Positions 1 through 8,959 of a stretch of 64,000 nt of DNA are shown here, one piece after another. The DNA lies in contig NZ_JAODNI010000113.1 in the NCBI RefSeq assembly GCF_025465255.1, forward strand, positions 15-64,014, in the 5' to 3' direction. The stretch's first letter is position 1. Every line of letters starts with the position of its first letter. This DNA comes from Pseudonocardia sp. Its GTDB lineage: Bacteria; Actinomycetota; Actinomycetes; Mycobacteriales; Pseudonocardiaceae. The position numbers and the translations under genes were made by a program. A model generated the notes under the pieces. It searched no databases, was not told where the DNA came from, and was given only the letters and a program-made list of their open reading frames with translations.

Positions 1-456
1 GCCGGGCTGCACGTCACGCTCGTCGAACAGCCCTACCGGGTCGCCGGCCGTCGTGCGCCCGCCCCCGCGACGCAGCTGGACGCGGCGTGGCTCGCCGTCG
101 CGGGGTGGGCCGCCGAGGAGTTCGCCGGGCTGCCGTTCCTGTTCGGCGGCCGCAGCTCGGGAGCGCGCGTGGCCTGCCGCAACGCCGCCGAGGGCAAGGC
201 CGTCGCCGTGCTCTGCCTGGCCTTTCCCGTCCATCCGCCGGGAAAGCCGGAGAAGCACCGGCTTGCCGAGCTCGACGGCGTCGAGGTGCCGGTCCTGGTC
301 GTGCAGGGGGAGCGGGACCCGTTCGGGCGCCCGGAACCTGCACCCGGCCGCGAGGTCGTGGTGTTGAAGGGGGACCACGGCCTGAAGGCGGATGTGCCGG
401 GGGTCGGCGCGGCGGTGGGCGAGTGGCTGGAGAAGGTCAGCCCCGGACCGCGATAG
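1..456 (+). CDS. alpha/beta-fold hydrolase, 5'-truncated by window edge
   Basis: Frame 1 is open from base 1 to the TGA at 454-456. The translation has a nucleophile-elbow-like GGRSSGARV and [12 protein letters not shown], typical of small alpha/beta hydrolases. GC3 is high. Confidence 0.6.
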   Translation, partial: AGLHVTLVEQPYRVAGRRAPAPATQLDAAWLAVAGWAAEEFAGLPFLFGGRSSGARVACRNAAEGKAVAVLCLAFPVHPPGKPEKHRLAELDGVEVPVLVVQGERDPFGRPEPAPGREVVVLKGDHGLKADVPGVGAAVGEWLEKVSPGPR

Positions 457-916
457 CCGCGGTGCGCGCGCCCGCGAGCGCGACGAGGTCCGCGGGGGCC
501 AGCTCGACCTCGAGGCCGCGGCGTCCGGCGCTGCAGAACACGGTCTCCCACTCCAGGGCGGACGTGTCGAGCACCGTCGCCAGCCGCTTCTTCTGCCCCA
601 GCGGCGAGATCCCGCCCGCGACGTAGCCGGTGGCCCGCTCGGCGGCGGCGACGTCGGCCATCCGCGCCTTCTTCCCACCGACGGCCGCGGCGAGAGCTTT
701 CAGGTCCAGGGTCGTGTCCACCGGCACGATCCCGACGGCCAGCGCGCCGTCCACCTCCGCGACCAGCGTCTTGAACACCCGGCCGGGCTCGAGCTCGAGC
801 GCGACGGCGGCCTCCGGACCGTAGGCCCGGCCGTCGGAGTGGGTGTAGGAGTGCACCCGATGGGTGATCTTCCGCTTCGCCAGCAGCGCGGTCGCCGGCG
901 TCCCCTGCCCTGCCAT
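437..916 (-). CDS. ybaK: YbaK/EbsC-type Cys-tRNA(Pro) deacylase
   Basis: A 159-aa product from ATG 916 ([24 protein letters not shown]...[14 protein letters not shown]...FCSAGRRG) matches the YbaK/EbsC family pattern. It is the 3' part of track ORF 437..1747 and overlaps the upstream hydrolase convergently by 20 nt. Confidence 0.8.
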   Translation of the reverse strand: MAGQGTPATALLAKRKITHRVHSYTHSDGRAYGPEAAVALELEPGRVFKTLVAEVDGALAVGIVPVDTTLDLKALAAAVGGKKARMADVAAAERATGYVAGGISPLGQKKRLATVLDTSALEWETVFCSAGRRGLEVELAPADLVALAGARTAAIAVRG

Positions 917-942
917 GGCTCTCCCTTTTCGGCTGCCCCACG

Positions 943-969
943 GGAATTGCCGGGGGCCCGGACGGCGTT
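943..969 (+). promoter_or_regulatory. candidate SigH/SigR-type autoregulatory promoter (GGAAT-N19-GTT)
   Basis: GGAAT lies at 943-947 and GTT at 967-969, about 170 nt upstream of the proposed sigH start. The known SigR/SigH consensus is GGAAT-N18-GTT, so the spacer here is 1 nt longer. Confidence 0.35.
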
Positions 970-1138
970 CGGACACTACGTGACACACGCTCTGATGGAA
1001 GCGCCGGCGGTGGCCGAGGCCCACGTCCGGCCGCACCGCCGAAGCGGTGGGCGCGTACTCTCGGCGCCGTCCGCGGTCGCCCGGGCGGCGGATGTCCGGC
1101 CTTCCCCCGGTGGGCCGGTTCCACGGGAGAGGAGCGCG

Positions 1139-1840
1139 GTGCCCGAGGACAGCCCCGAGAACATCGGTGCGGCGCACACAGCTGCGGCGACGGCGGACGC
1201 GGCGACACCCGAGATCGAGGAGCGCCCGGAGGACCGCGCGTCCCCCGGCGAGACGGCCGACGAGCGCACCGCGCGGTTCGAGCGCGACGCCATGCCGATG
1301 CTCGACCAGCTCTACGGTGCCGCGCTGCGGATGACGCGCAACCCCGCGGACGCCGAGGACCTCGTCCAGGAGACGTTCCTCAAGGCGTACTCGGCGTTCC
1401 GGACGTTCCGCGAGGGCACGAACCTCAAGGCCTGGCTGTACCGGATCCTCACCAACACCTACATCAACGGCTACCGCAAGAAGCAGCGCCAGCCGTTGCA
1501 GTCCCCGACGGACGAGATCACGGACTGGCAGCTCGCCCAGGCCAGCGAACACTCGTCGACCGGCCTGCGCTCCGCCGAGGTCGAGGCGATGGACAACCTC
1601 CCGGACTCGGACGTCAAGGAGGCCCTGCAGCGGCTGCCGGAGGACTTCCGGATGGCCGTGTACCTGGCCGACGTCGAGGGCTTCGCCTACAAGGAGATCG
1701 CGGACATCATGGGGACGCCGATCGGCACGGTGATGTCCCGGTTGCACCGCGGGCGTCGCCAGCTGCGCGACATGCTCACCGACACCGCTCGGGAGCGGGG
1801 ATTCATCCGGGGCCAGGTCGAGGAGGTGACCACCCGATGA
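1139..1840 (+). CDS. sigH: ECF sigma factor SigH/SigR
   Basis: The C-terminal 200 aa of track ORF 392..1840 show sigma-70 regions 2 and 4 ([46 protein letters not shown]). An in-frame GTG at 1139 is preceded by GGGAGAGGAG. It is followed by an overlapping ZAS anti-sigma gene. Confidence 0.85.
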   Translation: MPEDSPENIGAAHTAAATADAATPEIEERPEDRASPGETADERTARFERDAMPMLDQLYGAALRMTRNPADAEDLVQETFLKAYSAFRTFREGTNLKAWLYRILTNTYINGYRKKQRQPLQSPTDEITDWQLAQASEHSSTGLRSAEVEAMDNLPDSDVKEALQRLPEDFRMAVYLADVEGFAYKEIADIMGTPIGTVMSRLHRGRRQLRDMLTDTARERGFIRGQVEEVTTR

Positions 1841-2172
1841 GCTGCGGGAACCACCACGAGACCGATTGCTCCGAGGTGCTCGCAGAGGTGTGGCTCTTCC
1901 TCGACGGCGAGTGCGACCAGGGCCGCAAGAAGCTTCTGGTCCAGCACCTCGACGAGTGCGGGCCGTGCCTCGCGGAGTACGGCATCGACGAGAAGCTGAA
2001 GGCCCTGCTGGCCCGCAAGTGCGGCGGCGAGCAGGCTCCGGACGGCCTCAAGGACCGGCTGCGCCACCAGATCCGCACCCTGGTGCTGGAGCAGGCCGAG
2101 GTGACCGTCGAGTCCGGGCCGGGCGGAACGACCGTCGAGGTCAGGACCACGCGTCGCGAGAGCCGCGGCTGA
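1837..2172 (+). CDS. rshA: zinc-associated anti-sigma factor RshA/RsrA
   Basis: The 111-aa product has the HxxxCxxC ZAS motif (HLDECGPC) plus an upstream Cys. Its ATG overlaps the sigH stop (ATGA). Confidence 0.9.
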   Translation: MSCGNHHETDCSEVLAEVWLFLDGECDQGRKKLLVQHLDECGPCLAEYGIDEKLKALLARKCGGEQAPDGLKDRLRHQIRTLVLEQAEVTVESGPGGTTVEVRTTRRESRG

Positions 2173-2207
2173 GACGGCTCGACACACAGGCGCAACCGCG
2201 ACACAGC

Positions 2208-2242
2208 GAAGGGGCGGTACCGGGTACCGGTGCCGCCCCTTC
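2208..2242. terminator. bidirectional stem-loop between rshA and the bL37-like gene
   Basis: GAAGGGGCGG (2208-2217) pairs with CCGCCCCTTC (2233-2242), with further inner pairing. It sits between convergent stops at 2172 and 2262. Confidence 0.6.
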
Positions 2243-2261
2243 GTCGTCGTCACGCTGCGCC

Positions 2262-2336
2262 TCAGCTGTTGGGGCGCTTGCCGTGGTTGGCGCCGTTCTT
2301 CTTGCGGTCGCGCTTCTTGCGTCCACGCTTCGACAT
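2262..2336 (-). CDS. 24-aa basic peptide, actinobacterial ribosomal protein bL37-like
   Basis: MSKRGRKKRDRKKNGANHGKRPNS runs from ATG 2336 to TGA 2262-2264. It matches my memory of the bL37 peptide seen in mycobacterial ribosome structures. It is only the tail of the 199-aa track ORF 2262..2861. Confidence 0.65.
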   Translation of the reverse strand: MSKRGRKKRDRKKNGANHGKRPNS

Positions 2337-2451
2337 GGTCGTACCTCCTTCGTCTGCGGCTGCTCTGCCTTGAGTGTCCCACGTGATTGGATGGGGCCCG
2401 TCCCCAGGCGGTGGGGTGCGCGCGGCGACGAGGAACGGCGGGTCCGAACGG

Positions 2452-3951
2452 GTGTCCACACTGAGCGACCTGCTGGCCGAGCACACACACCTCCCCGGGG
2501 ATGCGGTGGACCATCTCCAGCGTGTCGTCGCGGAGTGGCAACTGCTCGCCGACATGTCGTTCGCGGACTTCCTGCTGTGGATCCCGCTGCCCCAGGACGC
2601 GGACCAGTCGATGACCAGCGCGCCCGTCGAGTTCCTCTGCGTCGCGCAGGCCCGCCCGACCACGGGGCCCACCGCGCACCCCGAGGACACGGTGACCCAG
2701 CGGGTGTCCCCGCAGGACAACCCGCAGCTGCGCCGGGCGGTCGTCGAGGGCCGGATCTGCCGCGAGGAGGAGCCGCGCTGGAACCTCGAAGTCCCGGTGC
2801 GCCGCGAGACCATCCCCGTGCGCTTCAACGGCCGGGTGCTGGCGGTGCTCTCCCGGGACACGAACCTCGCGATGCCGCGGGTGCCGAGCCCGATGGAGAT
2901 CGCCTACCTCGGCTGCGCCTCGGACCTGTGCCAGATGATCGCGGACGGCACGTTCCCGTCGCCGTCCGCCGTGGCCGGCGCGGACACCAGCCCGCGCGCC
3001 GGTGACGGGATGATCCGCCTCGACGCCCACGGCCTCGTCGCCTACGCCAGCCCCAACGCGCTCTCGGCCTACCACCGGATGGGCCATGCGAGCGACCTCG
3101 TCGGCCTCCCGCTGGGCGCGGCCACCAAGCAGCTGGTCGGGGACCCGTTCGACGCGGTCGAGGTCGCGAGCCGCATCCAGGCGGCGCTGGACGGCCGGAC
3201 GTCGATGCGCATGGAGGTCCGGGCCCGGGGCGCCACGATGCTGGTCCGGGCCCTCCCGCTGCGCCCACGGGGCGACGCGGCGGGCGCGCTCGTGCTCGTC
3301 CGGGACATCACGGACCTTCGCCGGCGGGACCAGGCGCTGCTCACCAAGGACGCGACGATCCGGGAGATCCACCACCGGGTCAAGAACAACCTGCAGACGG
3401 TCGCGGCGCTGCTGCGGCTGCAGGCGCGCCGGACGTCGATCCCGGAGGCCAAGCAGGCGCTCTCGGAGAGCGTCCGCCGGGTGACGTCGATCGCGCTGGT
3501 CCACGAGGCCCTGGCCTACTCGCTCGCCGAGCAGGTCGACCTCGACGAGCTGGTGGACACCGTGCTGCCGGTGATCGGGGACGGCGCCACGGCCGAGGTG
3601 CGGGCGAAGGTCCGCCGGGACGGCTCGCTCGGCACGCTCAACTCCGCGATGGCGACCCCGCTCGTCCTCGTGCTCACCGAGCTGGTGCACAACGCCCTGG
3701 CCCACGGCTTCGACGCCGGTCAGGCGGGTGAGGTCGTCGTCAGGGCCCGCCGTTCGGCCGGCCGGCTCGAGGTGATCGTGGCCGACGACGGCCGGGGCAT
3801 GCCGGACGACTTCGACTACGACCGGTCCGACGGTCTGGGCCTGCAGATCGTCCGCACGCTGCTGACGGAACTGGACTCCCACCTGGTGGTCCGGGCCCGC
3901 GAGGGGGGCGGAACCGAGGCCCTCATCACGGTCCCGATGGCGGGGCGATAA
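2452..3951 (+). CDS. pdtaS: GAF/PAS sensor histidine kinase PdtaS
   Basis: A GTG at 2452 gives VSTLSDLLAEHTHLPGDAVDHLQRVVAEWQLLADMSFADF. This aligns with my recollection of the Mtb PdtaS N-terminus, as do IREIHHRVKNNLQTVAALLRLQARR (HisKA_2) and the HATPase_c segment. The alternative ATG at 2374 is less likely. Confidence 0.85.
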   Translation: MSTLSDLLAEHTHLPGDAVDHLQRVVAEWQLLADMSFADFLLWIPLPQDADQSMTSAPVEFLCVAQARPTTGPTAHPEDTVTQRVSPQDNPQLRRAVVEGRICREEEPRWNLEVPVRRETIPVRFNGRVLAVLSRDTNLAMPRVPSPMEIAYLGCASDLCQMIADGTFPSPSAVAGADTSPRAGDGMIRLDAHGLVAYASPNALSAYHRMGHASDLVGLPLGAATKQLVGDPFDAVEVASRIQAALDGRTSMRMEVRARGATMLVRALPLRPRGDAAGALVLVRDITDLRRRDQALLTKDATIREIHHRVKNNLQTVAALLRLQARRTSIPEAKQALSESVRRVTSIALVHEALAYSLAEQVDLDELVDTVLPVIGDGATAEVRAKVRRDGSLGTLNSAMATPLVLVLTELVHNALAHGFDAGQAGEVVVRARRSAGRLEVIVADDGRGMPDDFDYDRSDGLGLQIVRTLLTELDSHLVVRAREGGGTEALITVPMAGR

Positions 3952-3973
3952 CCTTCTCGTGTGATCGCTGATC

Positions 3974-4005
3974 CCGGTGCCGTGGTCGCGCCGGTGCCGT
4001 GGTCG
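3974..4005. repeat. tandem duplication (15-nt core CCGGTGCCGTGGTCG x2, 17-nt period)
   Basis: The two copies at 3974-3988 and 3991-4005 are identical. They lie in the convergent pdtaS/whiB1 intergenic region. Confidence 0.8.
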
Positions 4006-4183
4006 ACGGTCTCCCGGTCCGGAGCTGCACGCCACAGCGAGCGCCCGGACAACACATCGCGGGCCCGTTGCCGGTGGCGTCCGGCTACGGGCCCGCGATT
4101 GGGAAGCGAGATGCTGTTGTCCCGAGAGGTTCGGGGGTGTGAACTTCTTCTTCAGGTGCCCGGGTCGTCCGGGCTGTCGATGC

Positions 4184-4435
4184 TCAGGCCGTGCGAGCGC
4201 GGGTCCGAGCGTTGCGCCGCTTCAGCGCACGTCGCTCGTCCTCGCTCATGCCGCCCCACACACCCGCGTCCTGGCCACTCTCGAGGGCCCAGGCAAGGCA
4301 CTCGGTGACCACGGGGCAGCGGCGGCACACGGTCTTGGCCTCGGCGATCTGCAGAAGGGCCGGGCCGCTCGTCCCCACGGGGAAGAACAGCTCGGGGTCC
4401 TCGTCGCGGCAGATCGCGTGGTGACGCCAATCCAT
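4184..4435 (-). CDS. whiB1: WhiB-family Fe-S transcription factor WhiB1
   Basis: The 83-aa product MDWRHHAICRDEDPELFFP...CRRCPVVTECLAWAL...GVWGGMSEDERR has four Cys and the GVWGG turn. Its position next to pdtaS matches Mtb synteny. Confidence 0.92.
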   Translation of the reverse strand: MDWRHHAICRDEDPELFFPVGTSGPALLQIAEAKTVCRRCPVVTECLAWALESGQDAGVWGGMSEDERRALKRRNARTRARTA

Positions 4436-4502
4436 GGTGTTTCTGCTCCTCGTACTGCGCGATCGGGGTCGCGCCGATCGTCCGTCACGGTGTTTCCGCG
4501 CT

Positions 4503-4518
4503 TGTGAATGGTTTCACG
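4503..4518. promoter_or_regulatory. CRP/Cmr-type site TGTGA-N6-TCACG upstream of whiB1
   Basis: TGTGAatggttTCACG lies 68-83 nt upstream of the whiB1 start codon. whiB1 is a known CRP (Rv3676) target in M. tuberculosis. Confidence 0.55.
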
Positions 4519-4917
4519 AGCGCGGTCGGTCTTCAAGGGACAAGGTCCATCCAGGTGAGGCGACTCACCCACACCTCGCAACGATGACCGACACGATCGG
4601 TTACTGCATCGGTCAACCGCTACGACGAGCTATCAGTGTCCCTGCCCGACGGAAACCGGGATACCCGTTTCCCGTCGGACCATGCGAGGAAAATTCCCCC
4701 GCTGTCCCTCGGTGTCGCAGGACCTACCTTGGATCACCGTTTGGCCTGGTGCGAGCCCCTTGCGGCTCGGCGGTCCGTTCGTCGCGGTGAATGGACGGAT
4801 GCCGTCACCCAGCGGGGTGATCATGCCGTTCGGACTGCGACGAGCTGTGCCTCTCGTACGACGACGCGTAGCGGCGCCGCTGCACAGGGTCAACGCCCGG
4901 AGGGCCCGGAACCTTCC

Positions 4918-5874
4918 TCAGACGACCACGCGCAGCACATCGGGCACGGACACGAACTCGACGTCGGTGCGCGAGCCCAGGTGGTCCCCGTCGAGCTGCA
5001 GGGCCAGCGGCTCGGCGCTGCGGATGCGCACGAGCGGCACGGCGTCCTGGCGAAGGACGTTGCGGCCGTGAGGATTGCCCTCGCGGGCGAGCAGGTGCGA
5101 CAGCGCGTGCGCGATCGTCGGCAGGCCGAGGTGGCGCAGGGCGAACAACGCCAGGCCGCCGCTGAACGACGCCCCGGGGTTCGTCCGCACCGCTCGGCCG
5201 TTCAGGTAGGTCCAGGGGTCGGTGTTGCTCACGAACGCCATCCGCACGTCCTCGACGGGTGCGGCGCCCGGGATCTCGACGGTCATCGACGGAGGGTTGC
5301 GGCGCTGCCGGACGTACTCGGAGAAGGCGGTGCGGAAGTAGCGGCCGGGGGAGGCCTCCCGGCCGTCGGCGCGGGCCCGTTCGACCGCGGCGACGACGTC
5401 CGCGTCCCAGCCCAGGCCGGCGTTGAAGGTGAACCAGCGGTCGTCCGCCCGGCCGAGGCCGACGAGCCGGCTGCGCCTCGCCTCGAGCGCCGCCAGGATC
5501 GCGCCCGTGGCCTCCACCGGGTCCCGGGGCATGCCGAGGGCGCGGGCGAAGACGTTGGCGGAACCGCCGGGCACGACGGCGAGCGCGGGCGTCTCGGCGT
5601 CCGCGGGGGTGACGTCGATGCCCGAGCCGTCCGCGCGGGTCCGGTGCCGCACCAGGCCGTTGACGACCTCGTTGACCGTCCCGTCCCCGCCGAGGGCGAC
5701 GACCAGCTCGATCCCGGCCGCGACGGCCTCCGCGGTGGCCTCCGCGGCGTGCCCGCGGTAGGCGGTCTGCAGGACGTCCAGCTTCAGCTCGCTGGCGAGC
5801 GCGTGCGCGAGCACGTCCCGACCCGCCGGGGTCGTCGACGTCGCCCGGGGGTTGACCACGAGGAGCGCGCGCAC
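4918..5874 (-). CDS. diacylglycerol/lipid kinase family protein (DAGK catalytic domain)
   Basis: The 318-aa product has LLVVNPRATS...VVALGGDGTVNEVVNGL, the typical DAGK_cat/YegS-like pattern. The start is a GTG at 5874. Confidence 0.8.
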   Translation of the reverse strand: MRALLVVNPRATSTTPAGRDVLAHALASELKLDVLQTAYRGHAAEATAEAVAAGIELVVALGGDGTVNEVVNGLVRHRTRADGSGIDVTPADAETPALAVVPGGSANVFARALGMPRDPVEATGAILAALEARRSRLVGLGRADDRWFTFNAGLGWDADVVAAVERARADGREASPGRYFRTAFSEYVRQRRNPPSMTVEIPGAAPVEDVRMAFVSNTDPWTYLNGRAVRTNPGASFSGGLALFALRHLGLPTIAHALSHLLAREGNPHGRNVLRQDAVPLVRIRSAEPLALQLDGDHLGSRTDVEFVSVPDVLRVVV

Positions 5875-5907
5875 ACCACGAGGGTATCCCGGCCTATTCT
5901 CGGGCCC

Positions 5908-6339
5908 GTGACGTCCGACCAGCCCGCGCCCCGCCCGGCCCCGGAACAGCCCGTGCGACCGCCCCGTCAGGTGCTCCTGGCCGGCGGGATCGTCGGGGCC
6001 CAGGGGCTGGTCGGCGTCGCGGTCGCGCTGGTGTTCCTGGTGCGGGCCATCGGTTCCGGTGCCCCGGGAGCCGGGATCGCGGAAGCCGTGTACTTCCTGC
6101 TCGTGGGCGGCGCGGTGCTCTTCGCCGGGACGGGGCTGCTGCGGGGGAAGCGCTGGGCGCGCACGCCGGCGATCGTCGCCCAGCTGTTGCTGCTGCCCGT
6201 CGTCTACTCGTTGATCGGGCCGTCGCAGCAGCTGGTCCTGGGGATCCTCGCCGGCCTCGTCGTGATCGGGACGTTCCTGCTGCTGATCAGCGAGCCGTCC
6301 CGGACCTGGTCGATGGACCTGTTCGGGGACGACGGCTGA
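5908..6339 (+). CDS. small integral membrane protein (about 4 TM)
   Basis: Only the last 143 aa of track ORF 4636..6339 look real, with hydrophobic segments VLLAGGIVGAQGLVGVAVALVFLV, AVYFLLVGGAVLFAG, IVAQLLLLPVVYSLI and LVLGILAGLVVIGTFLLLI. The start is an in-frame GTG at 5908. Confidence 0.6.
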   Translation: MTSDQPAPRPAPEQPVRPPRQVLLAGGIVGAQGLVGVAVALVFLVRAIGSGAPGAGIAEAVYFLLVGGAVLFAGTGLLRGKRWARTPAIVAQLLLLPVVYSLIGPSQQLVLGILAGLVVIGTFLLLISEPSRTWSMDLFGDDG

Positions 6340-6351
6340 CCAGGGTCCGTC

Positions 6352-6840
6352 CTAGCCGCCGAGCTCGGCCAGCGGCTCGCCCGTGAGCCGGTAGGTCGTC
6401 CAGCCGTCCATGCCCACGGCGCCGATCGCGCGGTAGAAGGCGATGGAGGGGGCGTTCCAGTCCAGCACGGACCACTCCAACCGGGCGTACCCCCGCTCGA
6501 CGCAGAGGGCCGCCAGGGCGGCCAGCAGGGCCTTGCCCAGGCCGGCCCCACGGTGGGCCGGCTGCACGTAGAGGTCCTCGAGGTGGATCCCGTGGACGCC
6601 CTCCCAGGTGGAGAAGTTCAGGAACCACAGCGCGCACCCCACGATGACGCCGTCACGGACCGCGACGTGCGCGAAGAGCGCCGGATCGGGCCCGAACAGG
6701 GCGGTGTGCAGCTGCGACGGCGTCAGCCGGCACTCCTCGCGCAGCTTCTCGTACTCGGCCAGCTCCTCGACGAGGCCCACGATCGCGGGCACGTCGCCCG
6801 GTTCGGCCCGTCTGATGCCGTTCGTCATCTCCTGCGTCAC
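6352..6840 (-). CDS. GNAT family N-acetyltransferase
   Basis: The 162-aa product has an acetyl-CoA binding pattern (LEDLYVQPAHRGAGLGKALLAAL) and a C-terminal AFYRAIGA. Confidence 0.85.
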   Translation of the reverse strand: MTQEMTNGIRRAEPGDVPAIVGLVEELAEYEKLREECRLTPSQLHTALFGPDPALFAHVAVRDGVIVGCALWFLNFSTWEGVHGIHLEDLYVQPAHRGAGLGKALLAALAALCVERGYARLEWSVLDWNAPSIAFYRAIGAVGMDGWTTYRLTGEPLAELGG

Positions 6841-6948
6841 GCCTTACCGTAACTGCGCGTCATCGGCCTAGTCTCTTCGGCTGAACGGAGCAACTTCGGC
6901 CCTGCTCGCTCGTCTTCTCCGGTGGGGACAGCGGCGGAAAGGTGATCG

Positions 6949-7449
6949 ATGGGTAGGCACAGCAGGTCGGGCAGGGCGCGCACGGCGCTCGCCGCGGGGT
7001 CGCTCGCGGCGGTCGGGATCGTCGCGATCCTCGCCGGTCCGGCCGCGCAGGCGGCGACCACGTCGCCCGCGGGCTCCGCAGCTCCCGCGCGCGTGGCGGG
7101 GACGCCGTGCACGGCGAGCGCCCACGCGTGCGTCGACCTCACGCTCAAGCAGGCCTGGCTGATCGCCGACGGCACGGTGACCCGCGGTCCTGTGCGGATC
7201 GAGCCCGGCGACGCGCAGGACCCCACCCCCGTCGGCACCTTCGACGTCCAGTGGAAGGACCAGAACCACGTCAGCGACATGCCCAACCGCGCGCCGATGC
7301 CGTTCTCGGTGTTCTTCGCCGACGGCGGCGTCGCCTTCCACGAGGGCAGCATGACCAACCCGTCCTACGGTTGCGTGCACCTGCAGCACGACGACGCGGT
7401 GGCGTTCTTCAACACCCTGCAGGTGGGGGACGAGGTCCAGGTCCACTGA
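6949..7449 (+). CDS. secreted L,D-transpeptidase (YkuD domain)
   Basis: The 166-aa product has an N-terminal signal-like segment and the catalytic motif FHEGSMTNPSYGCVHL (H...S.GC). Confidence 0.8.
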   Translation: MGRHSRSGRARTALAAGSLAAVGIVAILAGPAAQAATTSPAGSAAPARVAGTPCTASAHACVDLTLKQAWLIADGTVTRGPVRIEPGDAQDPTPVGTFDVQWKDQNHVSDMPNRAPMPFSVFFADGGVAFHEGSMTNPSYGCVHLQHDDAVAFFNTLQVGDEVQVH

Positions 7450-7458
7450 GCCTGCCGG

Positions 7459-8064
7459 TCAGGGCAGGCGGAGGTTGACGTGGTCGAGCCTCGGCTCGCT
7501 CCGCTCGTCGCCCAGCACGCTCCACGCCGCGGGGTCCATGGCCAGGTGCGCACCGCCCGCTGGCGGGAGGCCGATCCAGCGGGCCATGAGGACGCGGCTG
7601 AAGTGGCCGTGCCCGACGAGGACGACGTCGCCCTCCGACCGCAGCGAGCGGACGTCCGTGAGCACCGCGTCCGCGCGGGCGCCGACCTGCTCGGCGGACT
7701 CGCCGCCGGGCGTCGGGTGGCTCCAGACCGTCCAGCCGGGGTCCGTGCGGCGGATCTCGGGCGTGGTGAGGCCCTCGTAGTCCCCGTAGTCCCACTCGAC
7801 GAGCCGCTCGTCGACGGCGTCGGGGGTGAGGCCCGCGAGCTTGGCGGTCTCCTGGGCCCGGCTCCGCGGGCTCACCAGCACGCGGACGGGCGGCGGCGAG
7901 TCGCCGCGGAGCGCGGCGAACGTACGGCCGGCGGCACGGGCGAGCTCCCGTCCTCGGTCCGTGAGCGGGATGTCCGTGCGGCCGGTGTGCTTGCCGGTCG
8001 CCGACCACTCCGTCTCGCCGTGCCGGAGCAGGAACAGCCGGCCCTGGCTGTCGTTCGAGGCCAC
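7459..8064 (-). CDS. histidine phosphatase family (phosphoglycerate mutase-like) protein
   Basis: The 201-aa product has the RHGETEWS motif near the N-terminus and a second His motif (LVGHGHFSR). Confidence 0.85.
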   Translation of the reverse strand: MASNDSQGRLFLLRHGETEWSATGKHTGRTDIPLTDRGRELARAAGRTFAALRGDSPPPVRVLVSPRSRAQETAKLAGLTPDAVDERLVEWDYGDYEGLTTPEIRRTDPGWTVWSHPTPGGESAEQVGARADAVLTDVRSLRSEGDVVLVGHGHFSRVLMARWIGLPPAGGAHLAMDPAAWSVLGDERSEPRLDHVNLRLP

Positions 8065-8329
8065 GGGGACGAGGCTAGTGCTCCGGAGGTGTCGACGCCG
8101 GATCCCGCGGGGGGACGCGACGCCGTCGTCGTCACCCTGCGCAGGTGACAGGCGGGCGCCTCCGCCGCCTGAAAGCCCGATCTTCCGTTCGCCACGGATC
8201 GATACCTCCGTACAGCAGCAGGTTGCTCGGCGGACGGCGTCAATGCTTGCGTCCGAAAGCAGGTGCCCTCTACCTCGGGGAATCGCTATCGGGTAGTCTG
8301 TGGATCACCCAGCGTGAGGAGTCGGACCA

Positions 8330-8950
8330 ATGACCGGTCGTACGCTCGACCGGGTCATGGTCGGGATGCTCGAGGCGTGCTGCCGCAAGCTGTGGGGGTT
8401 CGCCCCGGCGATGATCCCGAAGATCGTCGGGCGCAAGGGCGCGTTCGGCGCCCTCGGGTGGTTCATCGCGAACATGCCGCGCTACCTGGTCTCGCTCTAC
8501 GTCCTCGGGCCGGTGCGGTTCCACCTGGCCGGCATGGCGATCTCGCTCTACAACAACTGCGTCTACTGCGCGTTCGGCCACGGCTACGCCCTGGAGCTCG
8601 TCTTCCTCCGGGAAAAGGGCCGCCTGTTCCCGCTGGATGCGCGCACGCTCGAGGACTGGCTGCATCTCGAGCCCCGTCAGCTCGAGGACCGGCTGCGCGC
8701 CGTCCTGCACGAGGCCGGCCTGCACGCCGAGAGCATGTGGGTGGACCGCACGCTCGCGCTGGCGTCCGGGGACCAGCAGCCGGTCGACGGCACCGAGGCG
8801 CGGCTCGCCCACATGGTCCGGATGCTCGGCACGATGAACCGGATCGCGATCGAGTCCGGGTGCGTACCGGACCAGGCGCAGAACCCGGTGAACAAGAACC
8901 TGGTCGTCAAGGCCCGGCACACCGAGCTCCGCGCCGCCGCCAGCGTCTGA
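8330..8950 (+). CDS. AhpD/carboxymuconolactone-decarboxylase-like protein
   Basis: The 206-aa product contains CVYCAFGH, matching the CxxCxxxH signature of the CMD/AhpD-like fold. Otherwise I do not recognise it. Confidence 0.5.
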   Translation: MTGRTLDRVMVGMLEACCRKLWGFAPAMIPKIVGRKGAFGALGWFIANMPRYLVSLYVLGPVRFHLAGMAISLYNNCVYCAFGHGYALELVFLREKGRLFPLDARTLEDWLHLEPRQLEDRLRAVLHEAGLHAESMWVDRTLALASGDQQPVDGTEARLAHMVRMLGTMNRIAIESGCVPDQAQNPVNKNLVVKARHTELRAAASV

Positions 8951-8959
8951 CCCGGCGCC

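Noticed and set aside
1687-4035. Very long ORFs antisense to, or out of frame with, recognisable genes. Examples: 1687..4035(-), 13662..16997(-), 23753..26728(-), 37783..41787(-), 53839..55497(-), 9287..11059(+) and 47161..49659(+, 5' part).
   Set aside because: Their translations are Arg/Pro/Gly/Ala-rich low-complexity strings, typical of stop-poor shadow frames in high-GC DNA. In each case another frame or strand encodes a protein with clear family motifs.
4636-5907. N-terminal 424 aa of the 567-aa track ORF 4636..6339 as a real large protein.
   Set aside because: That part is antisense to the well-supported DAG-kinase-like gene and is Arg/Gly/Pro-rich. Only the hydrophobic C-terminal 143 aa (from GTG 5908) look genuine.
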